DNA from: Podarcis vaucheri
Taxonomy: Eukaryota
Reading direction: 5' to 3' (one strand)
NCBI GenBank assembly: GCA_965113315.1
Contig: OZ220366.1
Length of the DNA: 64,000 nucleotides
Part shown: positions 11,389-23,001 of the stretch, piece by piece
How the letters are laid out: each line of letters opens with the position of its first letter
Position numbering within the stretch: the stretch's first letter is position 1
Notes under the pieces: generated by a model
Databases searched by the model: none
What the model saw: the letters and a program-made list of their open reading frames with translations, nothing else
What the model was told of the DNA's origin: nothing
Made by a program: the position numbers and the translations under genes

Positions 11389-14300
11389 ATGGCCCTGCAA
11401 TTCCTTAGCTGGAATTGTAATGGGATGAACATGCCTTTGAAGAGACGACAAGTATTCCACATTTTGTACAGAGAACAACTGGACGTGATTTGTTTACAGG
11501 AAACTCACATAACCAGAGCCCACAGGAGACTGCTTATGAATAAAAAATTGGGACAAGAATTTATCTCGTCAGACAAAGTGAAAAAAAGAGGAGTTGTGAT
11601 TTATGTAAAAGAGAAGTGGGCCCCAAAAATGATTTTTAAAGATGAAGAAGGAAGATATTTAGCGGTGGAGATTCAAGCACAAGGAGAAAAATTTTTGATA
11701 ATTGGGATTTATGCACCAAATGAAGGTAAAGCAGAATTCTTCAAAAAACTTCATGAAACCCTGATGGACTATTTGGAATATAATATGATAATTATGGGAG
11801 ATATGAATGGTGTAGTTTCTACAAACATGGACAAGACACAAAGGCTGATACTCACTAAAGAAGGGAGACTCCCGAAGACTTTTTTTGAAATGACTGAAAA
11901 TATGGACTTAATAGACATTTGGAGAACAAGGAACCCTCTTGAAAGAGAGGGAACCTTTTTCTCCCAAGCAAAGATGACCTGGACCAGAATCGACCAAATC
12001 TGGATTACTAGTGGAATGGCTCCGAGGATTAAGAAGGTAGAAATCTGCCCAAAAACCTGCTCCGACCATAACGCCGTGAAGATGGAAATGAAACTTACAA
12101 CAACTGGGCAGTTTAGATGGAGAATGAATGACACCCTGTTTCGAGATAGAGAGTTCCACTTGAAGGCCCAAAAAACTTTAAAGGACTATTTTGAAATCAA
12201 TCTAAGGGGCGATGTGGAAAGAAGAGTGATCTGGGACGCAAGTAAAGCTGTGATGCGAGGGTTTTTGATTCAACAAAACTCAATAAAGAAGAGAAAGCAG
12301 AAGGAGAAAAGAGAAAAAATTTTGGAAAAGATAAAAGAAGGAGAGAAAAAATTAAGGTCAAAACCAAAGTCCCAGGAGATTTTGAGGGAGATTAAATTGT
12401 ATCAAACACAATATATGGAATTGATGAACCAAGAGATAGAGTGGAAAATAAAGCAAATGAGACAAAAGACATTTGAGTCGGCAGATAAATGTGGCAAACT
12501 TTTGGCATGGCAACTCAAAAAAAGACAGAAATTAAATACAGTTTCAAGTTTGGAAGTGGATGGAAGGACCATATCTAAACCAAATGAGATAAGAAACTGT
12601 TTTGTGAGTTATTTCAAAAAACTTTATTCCCAAGGATTACAAAATGAAGAAGACATAGATAAATTCCTTAATAAACATGGATTACAAAAAATCTCTCCTC
12701 AAAGTAGGGTGGATCTAAACCAGAGAATAACAGAACAAGAGATAGAGGGTGCCATTCAGGACATGCAATTGGGCAAATCTCCAGGGCCAGATGGACTGAC
12801 TTCCAGATATTACAAATCGTTAAAGGAATGGTTGATACAACCGCTAAAGGATGTCTGTAATGAGATCTTAGAGGGGAAAAAGGCACCTGAATCGTGGAAA
12901 GAAGCATATATTTCACTCATACCAAAGACAGAGACTGAAAAGACTCAATTGAAGAACTACCGCCCAATCTCGTTACTCAATGTGGATTACAAAATTTTTG
13001 CAGACATTTTAGCAAAAAGATTCAAAAGAGTATTGATGGAAAGGATTCATAGAGACCAAGCAGGCTTTCTCCCAAAGAGACACCTCTCAGACAATGTTAG
13101 GAATATAATAGACATTCTGGAAAAGTTAGAGGTGAATATAAATACTAGAGCAGTTTTGATATTTGTGGATGCGGAGAAAGCCTTTGACAACATTTCTTGG
13201 AGTTTTATGAAAAAGAACCTTCATGGGATGGGGGTAGGACAAGGTTTTGAGAATGGTATAGGTGCAATATATTCCGAACAAAAAGCTAAGTTGATTGTAA
13301 ACAATGTAATAACTGAGGAACTTAAGATAGAAAAAGGAACACGACAGGGGTGCCCAATTTCCCCATTGCTTTTTATTTCGGTCCTGGAGGTGTTGCTGAA
13401 TATGATTAGAGAGGACCAGCAAGTTAAAGGTGTACAGGTCGGAGCAAAACATTACAAGTTAAGGGCTTTCGCAGATGACTTAGTTCTGACTTTACAAGAG
13501 CCATACACTAGCACGAAAAAGGTGTTGGAGATAATTCAACAATTTGGCCAGGTAGCTGGATTTAAACTGAATAAACAAAAAACTAAAGTCTTAGGGAAAA
13601 ACCTGACAGATATGGAGAAGAATAAGTTTCAAGAAGAGACGGGTTTGATGGTGGTTAAGAAGGTGAAATACCTAGGGGTTAATTTAACATCTAAAAATTT
13701 GAATTTATATAAGGACAATTATGAAAAATGTTGGTTAGAAATTAAAAAAGACTTAGAAATATGGTCAAATTTGAGATTATCAATGTTAGGCCGAATTGCA
13801 GTAATTAAGATGAATGTATTGCCTAGAATGTTATTTTTGTTTCAAACTTTGCAGATTATTGACAAGATGGACTGTTTCAAGAGGTGGCAGAAAGATATTG
13901 CGAAATTTGTCTGGCAGGGCAAAAAGCCCAGAATAAAATATAAAATACTAACAGATGCAAGAGAAAGAGGGGGATTTGCCCTGCCGGACTTAAAATTGTA
14001 CTATGAGGCAGCAGCATTCTGCTGGCTGAAAGAGTGGATGCTCCTCGAGAATACAGATATCTTGGACTTAGAAGGTTTCAATAACGCATTCGGTTGGCAT
14101 GCATATTTATGGTATGACAAAATCAAAGTGCATAGTGCCTTTAAAAATCACATTGTAAGGAAAGCGTTGTTCAATGTTTGGATGAGATATAAAGACCTGT
14201 TGGAAAACAAAACCCCTAGATGGTTGTCACCCTTAGAGGCGAAGGCCCATAAGAAAGTTAATATGGAGGTCGGATGGCCAAAGTATTGTGAGATTTTAGA

Positions 14301-15126
14301 ACAGGATGGAGAGAAACTGAAATTAAAGAGCCATGAAAAACTAAAACCCAAAGTACAAGATTGGCTCCACTATTATCAAATAATGGAGGTTTTTAAACAA
14401 GACAGGAAAATTGGCTTCCAGGTGGAAAAATCAAAACTTGAGACAGAACTGCTAGAACCCAATATTAAGAATTTGTCAAGAATGTATAACTTGCTGTTGA
14501 AATGGAACACACAAGATGAAATAGTTAAATCAGCTATGATTAAGTGGGCACAGGACATTGGTCATAATATTATGTCTGCTGACTGGGAAAGGTTGTGGAA
14601 CACCGGAATTAAATTTACGGCATGTAGTGCCTTAAAGGAAAATGTGATGAAAATGGTATACAGGTGGTACATGACCCCAGTTAAGCTAGCAAAAATTTAC
14701 CATTTGCCTGACAATAAATGCTGGAAATGTAAGGAAACTGAAGGTACTTTTTATCATCTTTGGTGGACATGCCCGAAGATTAAGGTCTTCTGGGAGATGA
14801 TATATAATGAAATGAAAAAGGTATTTAAATATACCTTTCTTAAGAAACCAGAGGCCTTTCTCTTGGGCATTGTCGGCCAATTGGTGCAAAAAAAGGATAG
14901 AACATTCTTTATGTACGCAACAACAGCAGCAAGAATATTGATCGCAAAGTATTGGAAGACACAAGATCTACCCACCGTGGAAGAATGGCAGATGAAAGTG
15001 ATTGACTATATGACATTGGCGGAAATGACGAGCAGAATTCGAGACCAGGGAAAGGAGACTGCGGAAGAAGATTGGAAGAAATTCAAGATTTATCTTAAGG
15101 ACTATTATAAACTTGATGAAGCTTAG
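11389..15126 (+). CDS. L1 ORF2p (APE endonuclease, reverse transcriptase, CCHC), 1245 aa
   Basis: SWNCNG, LQETH, GDMN and SDH (APE); PGPDG, YRPISL, DAEKAFD, RQGCPISP and FADD (RT); CWKC..HLWWTC. ATG 4 nt after the ORF1 stop. Confidence 0.95.
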   Translation: MALQFLSWNCNGMNMPLKRRQVFHILYREQLDVICLQETHITRAHRRLLMNKKLGQEFISSDKVKKRGVVIYVKEKWAPKMIFKDEEGRYLAVEIQAQGEKFLIIGIYAPNEGKAEFFKKLHETLMDYLEYNMIIMGDMNGVVSTNMDKTQRLILTKEGRLPKTFFEMTENMDLIDIWRTRNPLEREGTFFSQAKMTWTRIDQIWITSGMAPRIKKVEICPKTCSDHNAVKMEMKLTTTGQFRWRMNDTLFRDREFHLKAQKTLKDYFEINLRGDVERRVIWDASKAVMRGFLIQQNSIKKRKQKEKREKILEKIKEGEKKLRSKPKSQEILREIKLYQTQYMELMNQEIEWKIKQMRQKTFESADKCGKLLAWQLKKRQKLNTVSSLEVDGRTISKPNEIRNCFVSYFKKLYSQGLQNEEDIDKFLNKHGLQKISPQSRVDLNQRITEQEIEGAIQDMQLGKSPGPDGLTSRYYKSLKEWLIQPLKDVCNEILEGKKAPESWKEAYISLIPKTETEKTQLKNYRPISLLNVDYKIFADILAKRFKRVLMERIHRDQAGFLPKRHLSDNVRNIIDILEKLEVNINTRAVLIFVDAEKAFDNISWSFMKKNLHGMGVGQGFENGIGAIYSEQKAKLIVNNVITEELKIEKGTRQGCPISPLLFISVLEVLLNMIREDQQVKGVQVGAKHYKLRAFADDLVLTLQEPYTSTKKVLEIIQQFGQVAGFKLNKQKTKVLGKNLTDMEKNKFQEETGLMVVKKVKYLGVNLTSKNLNLYKDNYEKCWLEIKKDLEIWSNLRLSMLGRIAVIKMNVLPRMLFLFQTLQIIDKMDCFKRWQKDIAKFVWQGKKPRIKYKILTDARERGGFALPDLKLYYEAAAFCWLKEWMLLENTDILDLEGFNNAFGWHAYLWYDKIKVHSAFKNHIVRKALFNVWMRYKDLLENKTPRWLSPLEAKAHKKVNMEVGWPKYCEILEQDGEKLKLKSHEKLKPKVQDWLHYYQIMEVFKQDRKIGFQVEKSKLETELLEPNIKNLSRMYNLLLKWNTQDEIVKSAMIKWAQDIGHNIMSADWERLWNTGIKFTACSALKENVMKMVYRWYMTPVKLAKIYHLPDNKCWKCKETEGTFYHLWWTCPKIKVFWEMIYNEMKKVFKYTFLKKPEAFLLGIVGQLVQKKDRTFFMYATTAARILIAKYWKTQDLPTVEEWQMKVIDYMTLAEMTSRIRDQGKETAEEDWKKFKIYLKDYYKLDEA

Positions 15127-16334
15127 AATGTTGAGATTCTATAGAGAGAAAGGGCTGCAGTAATATAAGATTAGAATAAGAAAGGACTATGATGAATTAG
15201 AGTTGGAAAAAACATTTATAAGTTGCTATAAAATTTGGACATGAGGATGCAGAAAGGGGAGGTATGGGGAAGTCCGAGGAAAGAAGTTTATGAAATGACA
15301 TTATGAAATTATACTTGTTTGTTTGTCTGTTTTCTTTTTTGTGTTTGTCTGTTATAAAAACTTTTGTAAAACTAATAAAAAATATTATAAAAAAAAAGAG
15401 ATGGATGAATGTGTCAACTTCAGTGTCTCTCAATTTCTCATGTTTACAATCTCAGATTCAGTTTGCTGTATTTTGGCATCAGCTATGAATTTTCTTATAA
15501 ATTTGCATGAAGATTCATCAGAATTTCTCCTAACATCCCCCCTTTTTTTGTATGCAACTTTGCCTCACATACACATTTTTGCAGGCAATATTCCCTAAGA
15601 ATGCATTTTGGTCTGCTATTTTCACCTTTATCTGCCTTTCTAAGCCCCTTATGTGCACTTTCCGTACATCTTCTTTTGGTTGGAGAGGGTAGCATAAAAT
15701 TCGCAGAAGTCTGAATTTAGAACAAAAGCCTCATTTAAGTTTGTGTATTGCGAAGTGGGTAGAGTTGCATTAAAATGAAAATCAAACCAAATCCCTTGCC
15801 TCCCAGTCGCTAGAACCACTTGACTTACCCCACCTGAATGAGTTGCTGAACAGCTAGATGAGAAACAGCAGGATATCAAAACTCAGAAGGGCAAGGCTAA
15901 CTTATATGGTTCAAGAAGACCTCCTCCTTCCTGTTGCAGCCCCTTGAGGTGAAAATGCTATCAATAATTGGGCCAATAAAATACCCGTTAGTAAACCCAA
16001 AAGCCAAGAACTGGACGTCAGGTTCAGGAAACAATGCAAGTCAACGGACTTTTGTAGCAACATTTCAGTTGATTTCTTATATCTTTTATGTCAAAAAATC
16101 CAACCGTTTTGTGGTCACAAGAAGCTGCTGTTTCCATGTGTTGCATTTTCCTATCTTGAGCAACAGGTAAATGAGACTTAGGACATTTTAATTGACAACC
16201 TCTTTTATCTGGCAATCTTGCTTCTTTTTTTTTTAGCCTGCAACTTTCTCATGCAAGGAGGAACACAACTTTAGCAGATTTACTGGTCTCATATATGCTA
16301 ATTTTTGAAGGCAATAATTTCACAAATTCAATAT

Positions 16335-18965
16335 TTTTTAATTTTTTATTTTGCTTTTAAATTACTTTATTGAACTTAAAACAAATAACACAAAATCAAA
16401 ATTATCCATAACAAATAAACCTCAAAGAGTTGTCGATATTATTACAGTTCATCACAGTCTTCTTCCAGTTTCATTGACTTCCCACCAACTCCATCCTGCT
16501 TTAAATGTATATTTATCTAGTGCTCTGTTTGTGTCTATTTTAGATAATTGCTTAGCCAAAATATTGTACTTTCTTAAACCTGTTCGGTGTATAACAGAAG
16601 CTATTCAAAGGCTGCCACAGATTTTATATTGTTCCAATCTTTTATGTAACTTTTAAATAAACCCCATTTATTGAAAAATGCTTAATCTGCATGGTCTCTT
16701 ATTCTTCCTGTTAGCTTAGCTAGTTCTGTGTACTCCATTAATTTTTGTTGCCACTCCAATTTTGATGGTACTTTTTCTCCTTTCCAATTTGATGCTATTA
16801 AAATTCTCACGGCCAGTGTCGCATATAAGAATCATTCCCTTACACTTTTTGGAATATCGGAACCCAGTATCCCAAGAAGGAAGGCCTCTTGTGTTTTTTT
16901 TGTAAACACAATCTTAAGCATTTTTTTAAAGTTCCATATATATTTCATCCCCAAATTCCTTAATTTTTCTGCAACTTCACCACATGTGCAGCATCAATCC
17001 CACTGCTTCTTTGCATCTCCAACATTTGTTTGATACATTCTTATACATTTTGAATAGTTTTAAGGGAGTAATGTACCAACGGTACTGCATTTTCAGAAAG
17101 TTTTCTCTCAATGTGTAACAAGCAGTAAATTTCATATTTGTCCTCCAGAGGTTTTCCCAATCCTTCATTAAGATATTATAGCCAAAGTCCTGTGCCCATT
17201 TTATCATGATGGATTTTACCTCTTTTCCAGGTTTACCTGACTTCCCAGTGAAGGAGGAGTCAGTACATTTTGGAAAGCATTTTAGTTTTTGAATTAATCA
17301 GATCACTCTCTAATCTAGATGGTTCTGTTGCAAATCCTTTTCTTATGTCTATTTTAAATGTCTCATTCAACTGATGGTGTAGGAGCCAATCTGACAAGTG
17401 TTTTCTTATTTCCTCGAAATTTTTAAGTTTCAATTGATTATCTTAACTAATATTTTGTATGCCATCCAGTTTTCTTTCATATTTTTCTTTTTTAAGAAAA
17501 GTGCTTCTAGGAGGAAATCCACCACAGTGCTTTGGGTTCCAAGAGCTCTTTATATTTTGCCCAGACCATGTAAAGGGGCCTTCTTATGATGTGGGTTAGG
17601 AAGTTTGTATGGACCTTTACTTTGTCGTACCCTAGGTACACATGCCAACCATACTGGTTGTCATAGCCTTCCAGATCTAGTAGGTTTGAGTCCTGTAAAG
17701 TACACCACTCCTTAATCCAGGTTAGGCAGGCAGCCTCGTAATATAATGTTAGATCCGGCAACGAGACCTTCCCTCTTTCTTTTATGTCAATTAAAAACTG
17801 GTGTTTGATTCAGGGTCTTTTCCCTTGCCAGATGAACCTGGAAATATCTCTTTACCATTTTTTGAGGCTGTCTTTCCCTCCCATCACAGGTATTGTTTGG
17901 AATAAAAAGAGCATTTTCAGTAACACATTCATTTTTATGGTTGAAATCCTTCCCAAAAAATGTAAGTTTAAACTACTCCATATATCCAAATTCCTCTTAA
18001 TTTCACTCCAAATTTTGACGTAATTGTCTTGAAAAAGATTAATATTTTTTTTGGGGGGTGATCCATATACCAAGGTATTTTACTTTTTGGCAGATCTTCA
18101 GGTTTGAGGGGTTTTTTTCCAGATCTTTTCTGTCTTGTATTGTGAGGTTTTTAATTAGAAGCTTTGTTTTGGAACTGTTAAGTCTAAATTCCACTACTTG
18201 TCCGAAGTTATTGATTATTTCTAGTGTCCTTAATTGTCAGGGAACTGCTATCGGCTCAGAGGTGAGAAATAGAAGGGCAGTTGTGTTACGGGGAGCCTCC
18301 GAAAATCTTGCGAAGCAGTTCCTCTTCCGGGGAGGAGGAAAGCCCCACCTCCAGTGGGGAAGAGGTGCAAGGACCAGAGGATGCTGGTGGGAGCCTTAAC
18401 ACCGCTCCTGAGCAAGTCGGACAGGAGGGAAACACACCCTTGCCATTGCCCATCCTGTGCGGTAGTCTAAGGCGCAAAGAGGGAAGGAGAAGGTTGGGGG
18501 TAACAAAACTCTTATGTTGGGGAAGTCCAAAGAAAGACCACTCCCGGATCCTCCTAGTGATTGAGCCAGACATGAGCTTTGGGGCTCTTCACTGTAAATA
18601 GTTTGCACCAAAATAAAGCCTGTAAAACACAGGTTAGAGTCTAAAGCCTGTAAAACACAGGTTGGAGTCCTGCCTGGTTACTCTCGAGCAACCGCAACAG
18701 CCATCTGACATTAATAGACTTTCTTCAGGGTTTTCAGTCATTATAATAAGGGCATCTGCGAAGGCTTTCAGTTTGTACGCTTTCTCACCTAATGTAATTC
18801 CTTTTATCTCTTGGTCTTCTCTTATTTGACTGTTCAGCACTTCCGTGACGAAATGAATATCAATGGGGATAGTGGACACCCTTGTCTTAATCCTTTTCTT
18901 ATTATAAAATCCTCTGTGATGTTACTGTTGATAATTATTCTTGCTTGTTGATCTGAGTAGATCAT
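16335..18965 (-). mobile_element. Decayed 5'-truncated L1 (ORF2 remnant), interrupted by a solo LTR
   Basis: Frameshifted fragments resembling the intact ORF2 (KLKAFAD, MPDLTLYYEAA, MIKWAQD, CWRCKE); T-rich tail near 16335. Ends approximate. Confidence 0.88.
18235..18710 (+). mobile_element. Solo LTR (Gypsy-like) nested in the decayed L1
   Basis: TGTCAG...CTGACA termini, 5-bp TSD TTAAT at 18230-18234 and 18711-18715, internal AATAAA near 18612. Confidence 0.85.
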
Positions 18966-20735
18966 CTTAGTTTGCCTACCCATGCTCTAGGGCCTGCCAG
19001 AGCCATCATGACTCCTTCTCAAAGCCCAGGTCTTACTATGTTTTTGGGAAGGAGGCAGGAAGTCTCCCCCTCAGCTAGCCGCCTAGTGTGAGGGAACCAG
19101 TTGCACCACTCCAAATCTGCCTTTGGTGTAGTATTCTTTAACATGTAACACAACTCTTTTGTTGTATATTTTTGTGATAATATCCAGAGCTACAAATGGC
19201 TATTCCTCATCTTAATTCCCCCCCCCCATTGTAATAGGAAATGCAAGGTGAGAATCCCAGCAAATGGTTACTAAAACAGGGACCACTGGGAAACAATGAA
19301 GGAGTCATTAGCATGTTCAGAGATCACTAGAATTACAAAGATTGTTTTTTTAAAGCCTGTTGCGGATTATTCATAACAGTAGGAGAATGGGGAAAATTAA
19401 GTTGATATATGCACATTACCTTGTGGGAGATTAGGTATATTGACCTCTTCCTGAAAGGATTATGTGCATGTTTTCCATGAGGCCTGCTTAATGTGCACAG
19501 CAGTCAGTTGTTATGCACAGTAACCACTCAATGTACATTTCTTTTAAGACAGATAGCCCTAACAGCCCCAGAATGTTCTCTATAGCCATAGTGCAGACAG
19601 TTCAGTGTCAGTCAACAGTTCGGTGTCAGTCAGGAAAGAAAAACAGAAAACTGAAGGGGGTGGGGGGTGGCAGTGGTACGTCCTGGTTTGAGAGGATAGC
19701 TGGCTAGAACCCTGAACAACAGTGCTTCTGTTAGAAGGTGAGGATATCCTGCAACTTTTTGTTGTAGATCCTATGGTCCTATCTTGGGGAATGGGCTCTT
19801 AAGTTAAATCATCCCCACAAAGCTGCATTAGCCACAGGGAGAGATGAGCAGGTGCCATACTGGATAAAGGACTGGATCTGTAGCTGATGCAAACCATTTC
19901 AATCTCACACTGACAAAGGGGTGACACCCTCACACGCGAAAAAGCATGATGGAATTGTGTCCCATATGATGATCTCTTTGGATTTCACAGTGAATGGATT
20001 GGATGATGCTATGAGTCTGAATGATTGTCATAACTTGAAATGGACCGATTTCCCATAGGTCCACCACCACTCCCCCTGCCCCCTTTGCCTCTCCACATCA
20101 TGTGGTGTGGCCCAACAGATTTAAGTCACCTGAAGCCATTTGTCCCACAGGCACCTTTCTGCAGTGCACCTCTCCTTTGAGTTAAAGGTTGATAGATGGA
20201 TGTCGACTGTTGGATAGAGAGCTATTAAACACCATGTGTGTGGCCATAAATAATCTCAAGCGCTAGACTGTATTCTTGTTGTAAAAAAAATAGCTAGATA
20301 TCTAGCCTGTTTGGAAAATAGACTTGTATCACTTTGAATGGCTGTGAGATAAGAGCTTAAAGGTGAAAATATGTCAAGAGCATTAAAAAGAGAAACACAT
20401 CATTTTAACAATGCTTTAATATGCACAAAATGGTTTCATAAAGATAATGCAAACGGGGAAATAAAATGCATTTCTACATTCTCAAGAGTAATAACCAAAG
20501 TAGGCAAAATGGAGCTGAGACTAATTAACTACGTTTATACATTTTGGGGGAGAGGATTTGCAGTTGTTGTGCGCAGACAGATATGAACTGACCTCCCTGG
20601 CAAGGAAAGAAGCAGGAAATTGGGGTAGAGAGGAGGAAATGTTGAAAGCTACAGCTATGCCAGTATTTTGTTTTCTGTTTTTGTCTTGGAGGGATGCCGT
20701 TGTTGGAGGTTCCTGGTCTGTGACTTCATTTCGTT

Positions 20736-22958
20736 CTAATTTGCTGAAATGAAAAGAAGAGAAATCTGCTTTATAGGTTGAACATTCCTGTTTCAACTGC
20801 CTGGAAGCTGAATAGGGCTTGGGAGGAATTTCATTGGTTATGGATAAGTTGGGGGTTATCCTTGGTCTTGTCTGGATGGCTTCCTACTTGGGTTGTCAAC
20901 TAAGGGATGTAGACACAAACAATGACATTGCATCCTTTTTGTCACCTGGGGAGCATCTGCGTGTGCACCAGGGAGGACCAGGGGTTGGGCGTGGAGGGTG
21001 AACATCATCATTAAAGGGAAGTCTTATTTCTGCACATAGCTGTTGGTTCTCTTTCTGCACAAAACTGCTCCATTATGGGGAAGCCTTGCTCCTCTTTTCT
21101 CTTGCTTTAGAAATCTTGCTTGTAGGCTTTTCCCTGCTTTTGCACACACTGTACGAACCTGCTCTTCATGCCTAGCTGACCACATCTACAGAACTTGATT
21201 GTTACATTGTTTCATGTTATGATCAATCATTAGTAACAGACATCCTAAGCTCATGGAAAACAAACTGAACCTGCTCTTCATGCCTAGCTGACCACATCTA
21301 CAGAACTTGATTGTTACATTGTTTCATGTTATGATCAATCATTAGTAATTGTTTGTGCCATATTAATCTCTAGTTACAATTTAATTAGGAGGCTTCATGC
21401 CTGTCTAGTTCCAGCTTCGATTCCCAGCCTTTACTCCATCAATGATAAATGATCACATGTAATCCCCACCTCTCACATGTAATTCCCGCCTTAGTACTTA
21501 TGTTAACCAATCACAAGTTTCTTTGTGTATGTATCAACCAATCAGCCACAGGCCCACCTGTGGCAATGCTTGTAATATTCAATAAAAGAGGCTCTCAGGG
21601 TCCGCCCAGACAGACGCCTCATGTTACACCTGCCTCTCTCGTCTCCCGTGATTTTTCATTCCTACACATCATTCCACAGCATTGAGGGGAGGAGTGAGAA
21701 GGATACTGGTGTGTTTACATAGTAGTGGTTTCCACAAAAAATGGAGGAGAATATTCTAAGAAAACTATGCAAGATGGCCTTTTTATAGTGGATGGGATGA
21801 GAAAGGGAAAACCTCAGAAAAGTATCTACTGTGAAATTTCTGTTTAGCTTTACATTATTCACACACACTGGTCTCCTCCTGGCATCCCCCCCCCCTCTGG
21901 TTGCAACTGAATGGGAGGGGGTAAAAGTTTGATGTTTCATAGTGGGGGAGGGGCCACACATGATAATATTTTACTCAAATGTGCTACTCACGGTAGAAAC
22001 ACCATTTTGAATTCTTGATAGCATTGCTGAAACAGCAGTTTCTTTTTAAACATGTACTTCTAGGTATTCCAGGGTATCCACAGTCTCTTCTCCGACTAGG
22101 AGGTACGTTACAGTTGCCTATTCAATAAGAAAAGTTGAGAAATCAAAATTCATAGAGGAATAGTTTAATTTATATTCAGGTCAACAATAGCCATGAAGAT
22201 TTCCAAGCAAAAGAGAAATAGGATACAGCCTGATCACCAAAGTCCTTCAAAATTCCAAATGTAACTCAGTATTCTGTTTTACTGAAAGCTGTTTGTAGGT
22301 ACACATGGAAAATAAGTATATGCTCAATGGTAACCTTTACCTTCAAAGAGTGAAGTCAATGACACACACAGTGAAACCTCAGCTGTGCCATTAGCTTTAC
22401 TGGTTGCCCAAGAGCTATGGGAGAGGAACTCCCAAGGGTGATTTTTCAAGACTGCAGGAAGCTGGATGTCTTCAGATCTTAAGAACTTGAAGTTGTGTGG
22501 TGCCTCTGAGTAGAGACAGAGAACCTCCCTGAACCAAATGAGCCTCTTTATATATGTTCTGGAAGCTTTCTCTGGCCTTATCTCTAGTTTTTTGGTCACT
22601 GTTGTTATGTTAGGAAGTTGTCACATATCTAAAAGGTCTCACTGAGCTAAGCAAATAAATGGGCAGAAAATACAAAGGCTTATTTCTCTCTTTGAAAGTT
22701 GTGACCCATCAAGATGAATGGAGTGCACCAGGCATTGTATTGTGGCCTGCTAGGTGTTCATCATCTGCAAGTATATAGCACAAGCAGGAAGTTTACCACA
22801 TCTCTGATGGCTCACCATATGTGGTTGGTATTTGGCTTGGTGACCAACAAGATGCTCAGGCATGGCCTTAACTTTTTCCCACAGCACACCATTACATTTT
22901 GCTTCCTGAAGCAGACCTCAGGTGCTCCACCATGAACCTGGCTAGGGTCAGCAAGTTG

Positions 22959-23001
<43 letters not shown>

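Larger units (their letters stand above)
9411..15396 (+). mobile_element. Full-length L1-clade LINE with both ORFs intact
   Basis: 17-bp TSD AGAGATGGATGAATGTG at 9394-9410 and 15397-15413; CpG-rich 5' UTR starting GACTTCCGG; ORF1, ORF2 and an A-rich tail; empty paralogous site near 26243-26265. Confidence 0.95.
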
